From the NCBI GenBank assembly GCA_030167865.1, contig JALAGF010003349.1, positions 1 through 37,771 of the forward strand: a stretch of DNA of 37,771 nt, in the 5' to 3' direction. The notes beneath the pieces were generated by a model. The model was not told the DNA's origin. It saw only the letters and a list, made by a program, of their open reading frames with translations, and did no database searches. The DNA is from Craspedostauros australis (Eukaryota). This document shows positions 33,932 to 37,771 of this stretch, piece by piece. Each line of letters starts with the position of its first letter. Position 1 is the first letter of the stretch. The translations under genes and the position numbers were made by a program.

Positions 33932-35425
33932 TTACTTCTCGGCAGCGGCGACCTCCTTCTCAGCAGGCTTCGGCGACTCTCCGAGGATGCCCTCTGGCAT
34001 CACCGACGAGTGGTGGTGGGCGATCTTCCAGGCTCCATCCTCGAACACGTACACGAAGCTGTAGCGGCCCTTCACCTTGGAACCATCGACGCCCATGGTG
34101 AACTCGTAGATTCCGGCATCCTGGGCCCAGTCGCTGCCCATCATCACGTTGCTCTCAAGGATCTCACCCTGTGGCTTCTTCTTGAGGAAGCCTTCGAAGT
34201 AGTCCACGATCAGATCGCGGTCGGTGCGTGGCACGTCGCTCACGGTGGGCAGGAGGACGGCGTTCTTGCTGTAACGGTTGGCGACGGCGATTGGGTCCTC
34301 GGTGGCGAGGGCGTCGTTCCACAGGAAGAACAGATTCTTCACCTGCGGCTCGGAGATTGGCTGGGAGGTTGGGATGCCCTCCGGCATGACAGAGGAGTGG
34401 TGCTGGCTGATCTTCCACTCGCCATCCTCGAACACGTAGATGAAGGTGTAACGACCCTTGACCTTGGAGCCATCGGCGCCCATGGTGAACTCGTAGATTC
34501 CGGCATCCTGAGCCCAGTTGGTGCCCACGATCACGTTGCTCTCGAGGATCTCACCCTGAGGCTTCTTGAGGAGGAAGGCGTCGAAGTAATCGACGATTCC
34601 ATCGAAATCAACGCGTGGGGTGTCGCTGACGGTTGGGAGGAGGACTCCCTCGCTGGCGTACCTGCTGGCGACCTTCTTGGAGTCGAGGGTGGCGAGGGCG
34701 TCGTTCCACAGACCGAACAGTCCGCGGACCTCATCCTCGGTGATGGCCTCTGGGCTCACCATCTCCTCCGGCATCATGCTGGAGTGGTGGTGGCTGATCT
34801 TCCACTGGTTGTTCTCGTAGATGTAGATGAAGGTGTAGCGGGCCTTGACCTTGGAGCCGTCGGCGCCCATGGTGAACTCGTAGATGCCGCTGTCCTGTGC
34901 CCAGTTGTGTCCGATGCGGATGTTGCCATCGACCACCTTGCCCTGTGGCTTCTTGAGGAGGAAGGCATCGAAGTAGTCCTTGATGGAGCCGAAGTCGGTG
35001 CGTGGGGTGTCGGAGACGGTTGGGAGGAGGACCGGATCGGCGGCGTAACGCTTGGCGACGATGCGGGAGTCTCCGGTGGCCAGGGCGTCGTTCCAGAGGG
35101 TGAAGAGGCTGCGGACCTGCTCCTCGTTGATCTCCTGTGGGGCAACGACCTTGCCCTCGGTGACCTCGACGGAGTCATCTTCGCCTCCGAACAGCTTGCT
35201 GATCAGACCCATGTTGAGGGCTGTGGAGCTGGAGATGGTGGTGGAGAGGAGGTCATTGTTGACGTTGCTGCTGCGGCTGCTGCTGTTGACGAGGCCTGCT
35301 GGGGCGACTGGGGCGACAGCGCTCTTGACAACGAAGGATGGGGAGGCTGGGACGAAGGCGGAAGCCTGGTTGCCTGCCATCAGGGCAGAGGCCACAAGGA
35401 CGAAAGCTTGGCTTGTGAACTTCAT
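33932..35425 (-). CDS. LCIP63: Iota-class carbonic anhydrase (LCIP63-like; three COG4875/CaMKII-association NTF2-like domains), plastid-targeted
   Basis: Signal peptide ending ASA-FVP plus a Ser-rich transit peptide. Three tandem ~128-aa repeats, each with LF.LWNDALAT, LLPTVSD.PR, DYF..FL.KKPQG, WAQD.GIYEFTMG, RY.F.Y, WKI..HHSS.MPE. Strong C-ending codon bias suggests high expression. Confidence 0.93.
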   Translation of the reverse strand: MKFTSQAFVLVASALMAGNQASAFVPASPSFVVKSAVAPVAPAGLVNSSSRSSNVNNDLLSTTISSSTALNMGLISKLFGGEDDSVEVTEGKVVAPQEINEEQVRSLFTLWNDALATGDSRIVAKRYAADPVLLPTVSDTPRTDFGSIKDYFDAFLLKKPQGKVVDGNIRIGHNWAQDSGIYEFTMGADGSKVKARYTFIYIYENNQWKISHHHSSMMPEEMVSPEAITEDEVRGLFGLWNDALATLDSKKVASRYASEGVLLPTVSDTPRVDFDGIVDYFDAFLLKKPQGEILESNVIVGTNWAQDAGIYEFTMGADGSKVKGRYTFIYVFEDGEWKISQHHSSVMPEGIPTSQPISEPQVKNLFFLWNDALATEDPIAVANRYSKNAVLLPTVSDVPRTDRDLIVDYFEGFLKKKPQGEILESNVMMGSDWAQDAGIYEFTMGVDGSKVKGRYSFVYVFEDGAWKIAHHHSSVMPEGILGESPKPAEKEVAAAEK

Positions 35426-35555
35426 GTTGTAATGTGTTGCAGTCGGGTTGGGTTAGGTTGCTGTTACCGTTGGGTTGTGAGTTTATGACAAAGTGGAGGG
35501 ATGAAGAGATGACGATACAGGGGACGAAGACCAATGGAGTATTGGTACAGGACAA

Positions 35556-35997
35556 ACGTCATGGAGATGCACAGAACGTGCGTGGGAGAGAATCGCGAAA
35601 TGTGGTGTGAGTCGTTTGATGGGTTCTGACGGATCTTGAAAATGTGCGATCCTTCTCGTGTGTGTTGTCCAACGCTTGACGTCATCATGAAATCGCGAAA
35701 GGAGGGAAGATGTCATGATGACGTTGGATTCTGACGTGTCATCACGGTTTCAATGGTCAGTGTGGTCGCCATGGTCGAGTCATGTTCGATGCTCGCCGTT
35801 GATTGGTGGAGGTGTGAAGCAGTCTGTTTGGTCGTGGAAGTCGGTCATCGTCACCACGATCGCCACCGCACATGACGTCAGCCTTCGCAACAACACACAA
35901 ATGCTCAAACACGAGTTGGCACACACAAAAGACATCAGACAAAAGAACACGAAAGAAAGTTCCGAAACAATCCACGGTACGATACGACTACACGTCA
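35556..35997. promoter_or_regulatory. Cluster of six CCRE/CRE-like bZIP sites in the divergent promoter of the iota-CA
   Basis: ACGTCA 35556-35561; TGACGTCA 35677-35684; TGACGT 35719-35724; TGACGT 35732-35737; TGACGTCA 35873-35880; ACGTCA 35992-35997. Confidence 0.75.
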
Positions 35998-36270
35998 CAA
36001 GTACTCGGGCGCCTCCACCACACAACATGAAGCGTGAGGAGTATCCACGGAAGATGATACTCTGCGATGACTCACACGGGTGGGGATGATAGCGCGCCAA
36101 AAGAGAGAGGGAAAGAGCGAGAGAAAGAACGAGAGAGCGTGACAATGAAGATCCTATCCGTACACGTACTATAATTGTATGGTACTCTCCTCACACACTC
36201 TACAAGTGCTACGAGTAGTGGTGTGAAGACGAACGAAGCTTCAGCTGGAGTGGTCGCAAAGGCAACAATC

Positions 36271-36999
36271 ATGAGGAGAACCCAGGCGGCATCTGCGATG
36301 GCAGCGGTCATGGTTGTGGCTGCGACCCAGTCGATCCAAGCAGCATTCGTTCCAGCCTTGCCATCGCCGACAGCCAAAGCGACAGCATTCACAAATGCAA
36401 GTTCCAGTGCAAGTTCGAGTGCAAGGTGCACACACTTGATTGATGTGACATCACTGCCATCATTCTCATCAAGAACAGCATCAACTGCAACAGCAACAGC
36501 AACACCGTCGCCGTTGGTACTGTTCGGATCTAACGATGATGAGAATGATCACGGCAGACATGATCCAAGTGCAGACAGCATGGATCAGACCAATCAGGAC
36601 AAACTGACTCGCAGAAACAGCAACGAGGGCAAGAGCAACCAAGACAATGACCAGAATGCAATCAAGAATGCAACAAAGAATGTTGACATCAAATCAATCC
36701 TACGTTCCGTCGGTGATGTCATTGACAAGGCGTGGACATACACCACCTTCTTCCTCGGTGCCTTCCTCTCGCTCGGTCTCGTTCTCAACCTGTGCGGATA
36801 TGGATACCAAGTCGACTTTCGACACATGGAGGAGAATGGCGGAACCTTCCTCAGAGTCGATACCATCGAACGCTTCCGCACAGAGAATCAGTGGAAGCGC
36901 GAGGCGTTGCGATACAAGCAAGAGCAAATGCAGCAGACACAACAACTACAACAAATACAACAATTACAGTGGGAGGAAATGCAGCAGGAGACAAACTAG
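36271..36999 (+). CDS. Hypothetical plastid-targeted single-pass membrane protein (242 aa)
   Basis: ATG at 36271; signal peptide ending IQAA-FVP; Ser/Thr/Ala transit peptide ending LVLFG; hydrophobic TTFFLGAFLSLGLVLNLCGYGY followed by LRVDTIERFRTENQW. Confidence 0.78.
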   Translation: MRRTQAASAMAAVMVVAATQSIQAAFVPALPSPTAKATAFTNASSSASSSARCTHLIDVTSLPSFSSRTASTATATATPSPLVLFGSNDDENDHGRHDPSADSMDQTNQDKLTRRNSNEGKSNQDNDQNAIKNATKNVDIKSILRSVGDVIDKAWTYTTFFLGAFLSLGLVLNLCGYGYQVDFRHMEENGGTFLRVDTIERFRTENQWKREALRYKQEQMQQTQQLQQIQQLQWEEMQQETN

Positions 37000-37771
37000 A
37001 CTCACAACTCAAGTGATGGGACAGAGTGTGCGCACAGCCTGGTTGTTCTCGGTGTCACTTTCGTACCTGTCTCCAGCCAACGGGTTCATCACATACATCG
37101 CCGACACATCACAAAGAGGAAAGATTTCCACTGATGATCACATTCTGGAAACTGCGGCGAAACAGCGTCCCACAATATACACGTTATCCATGATGTGACA
37201 TGGCATGACATGGCTGCTCTCACACTTGTGATCGTCATCTTGTGGGTATGAGGACATTTGCAGCACCAGTATGCGCACAAACCATTGGCAAAACGTAACG
37301 GTGACAAGCGAGAGTATACACCCCCTGCGGACCGTTGATCATGTCCATATCTCACCCGTGCTCATTCCCGGGAAAAACTGCTCTCAACCTCGTACTACCG
37401 ATAACATGATTCGGCGGCAACGAGATCATCACCATGGGTGGCAGCCTGTTGTGGTGGCTGGGATCCGTTCACTTCACAACAGATGCGTTGACACATTGCA
37501 CGCTGTCTCCGCAAGAACATATGGGGCCACGGATCTCAAGTTGCATGGGTTTCATGCATGCCCCCCATCGCCAGCGAATACATCCGCACCAGGTCAATGC
37601 AGGTGAAGAGGCGTTGGCGCGCCAACAGACACAGCTAGTCAAGTATCAACGGCAACTGCACATAGTTCGCGATCTTCCCAGCAACACAATTCCCTCCAAC
37701 TCTCTACAATTTGGTATCATGCATCCTTTCGTCCTTCCAACAGCCCCATGGTTGAAGACACTGGATGTGCC

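Noticed and set aside
34010-35488. 492-aa plus-strand ORF
   Set aside because: Antisense shadow of the strongly codon-biased, repetitive iota-CA gene; no independent motifs.
1-37771. tRNA, rRNA or CRISPR arrays
   Set aside because: None recognised by eye; all tandem repeats seen are microsatellites or coding repeats without unique spacers.

Overview
Eukaryotic nuclear DNA, almost certainly from a diatom: GT-AG introns, ASAFAP-type bipartite plastid presequences, an LCIP63/iota-carbonic anhydrase and an Ambal-like retroelement. The species cannot be named from the sequence. Positions 1-~6092 are the 3' part of a non-LTR retrotransposon (end of ORF1; ORF2 with APE-RT-RNase H-CCHC, split by a single in-frame TAG; a short, highly base-paired 3' UTR; a (TATT)n tail). 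Ten host genes follow: a TLDc protein, ETF-ubiquinone oxidoreductase, a small membrane protein, an HNH endonuclease that gains a plastid presequence via a spliced upstream exon, a 5-exon acidic membrane protein, an FkbM methyltransferase, a Dicer/RIG-I-type helicase fused only to a dsRBD, a ~1800-aa BSD/coiled-coil protein, a three-domain iota-CA and a divergent plastid-targeted membrane protein. The last two share a promoter dense in CO2/cAMP-response-like TGACGT elements. Family assignments come from recognised motifs only; no searches were run, and intron boundaries are predicted from splice consensus plus reading-frame fit.
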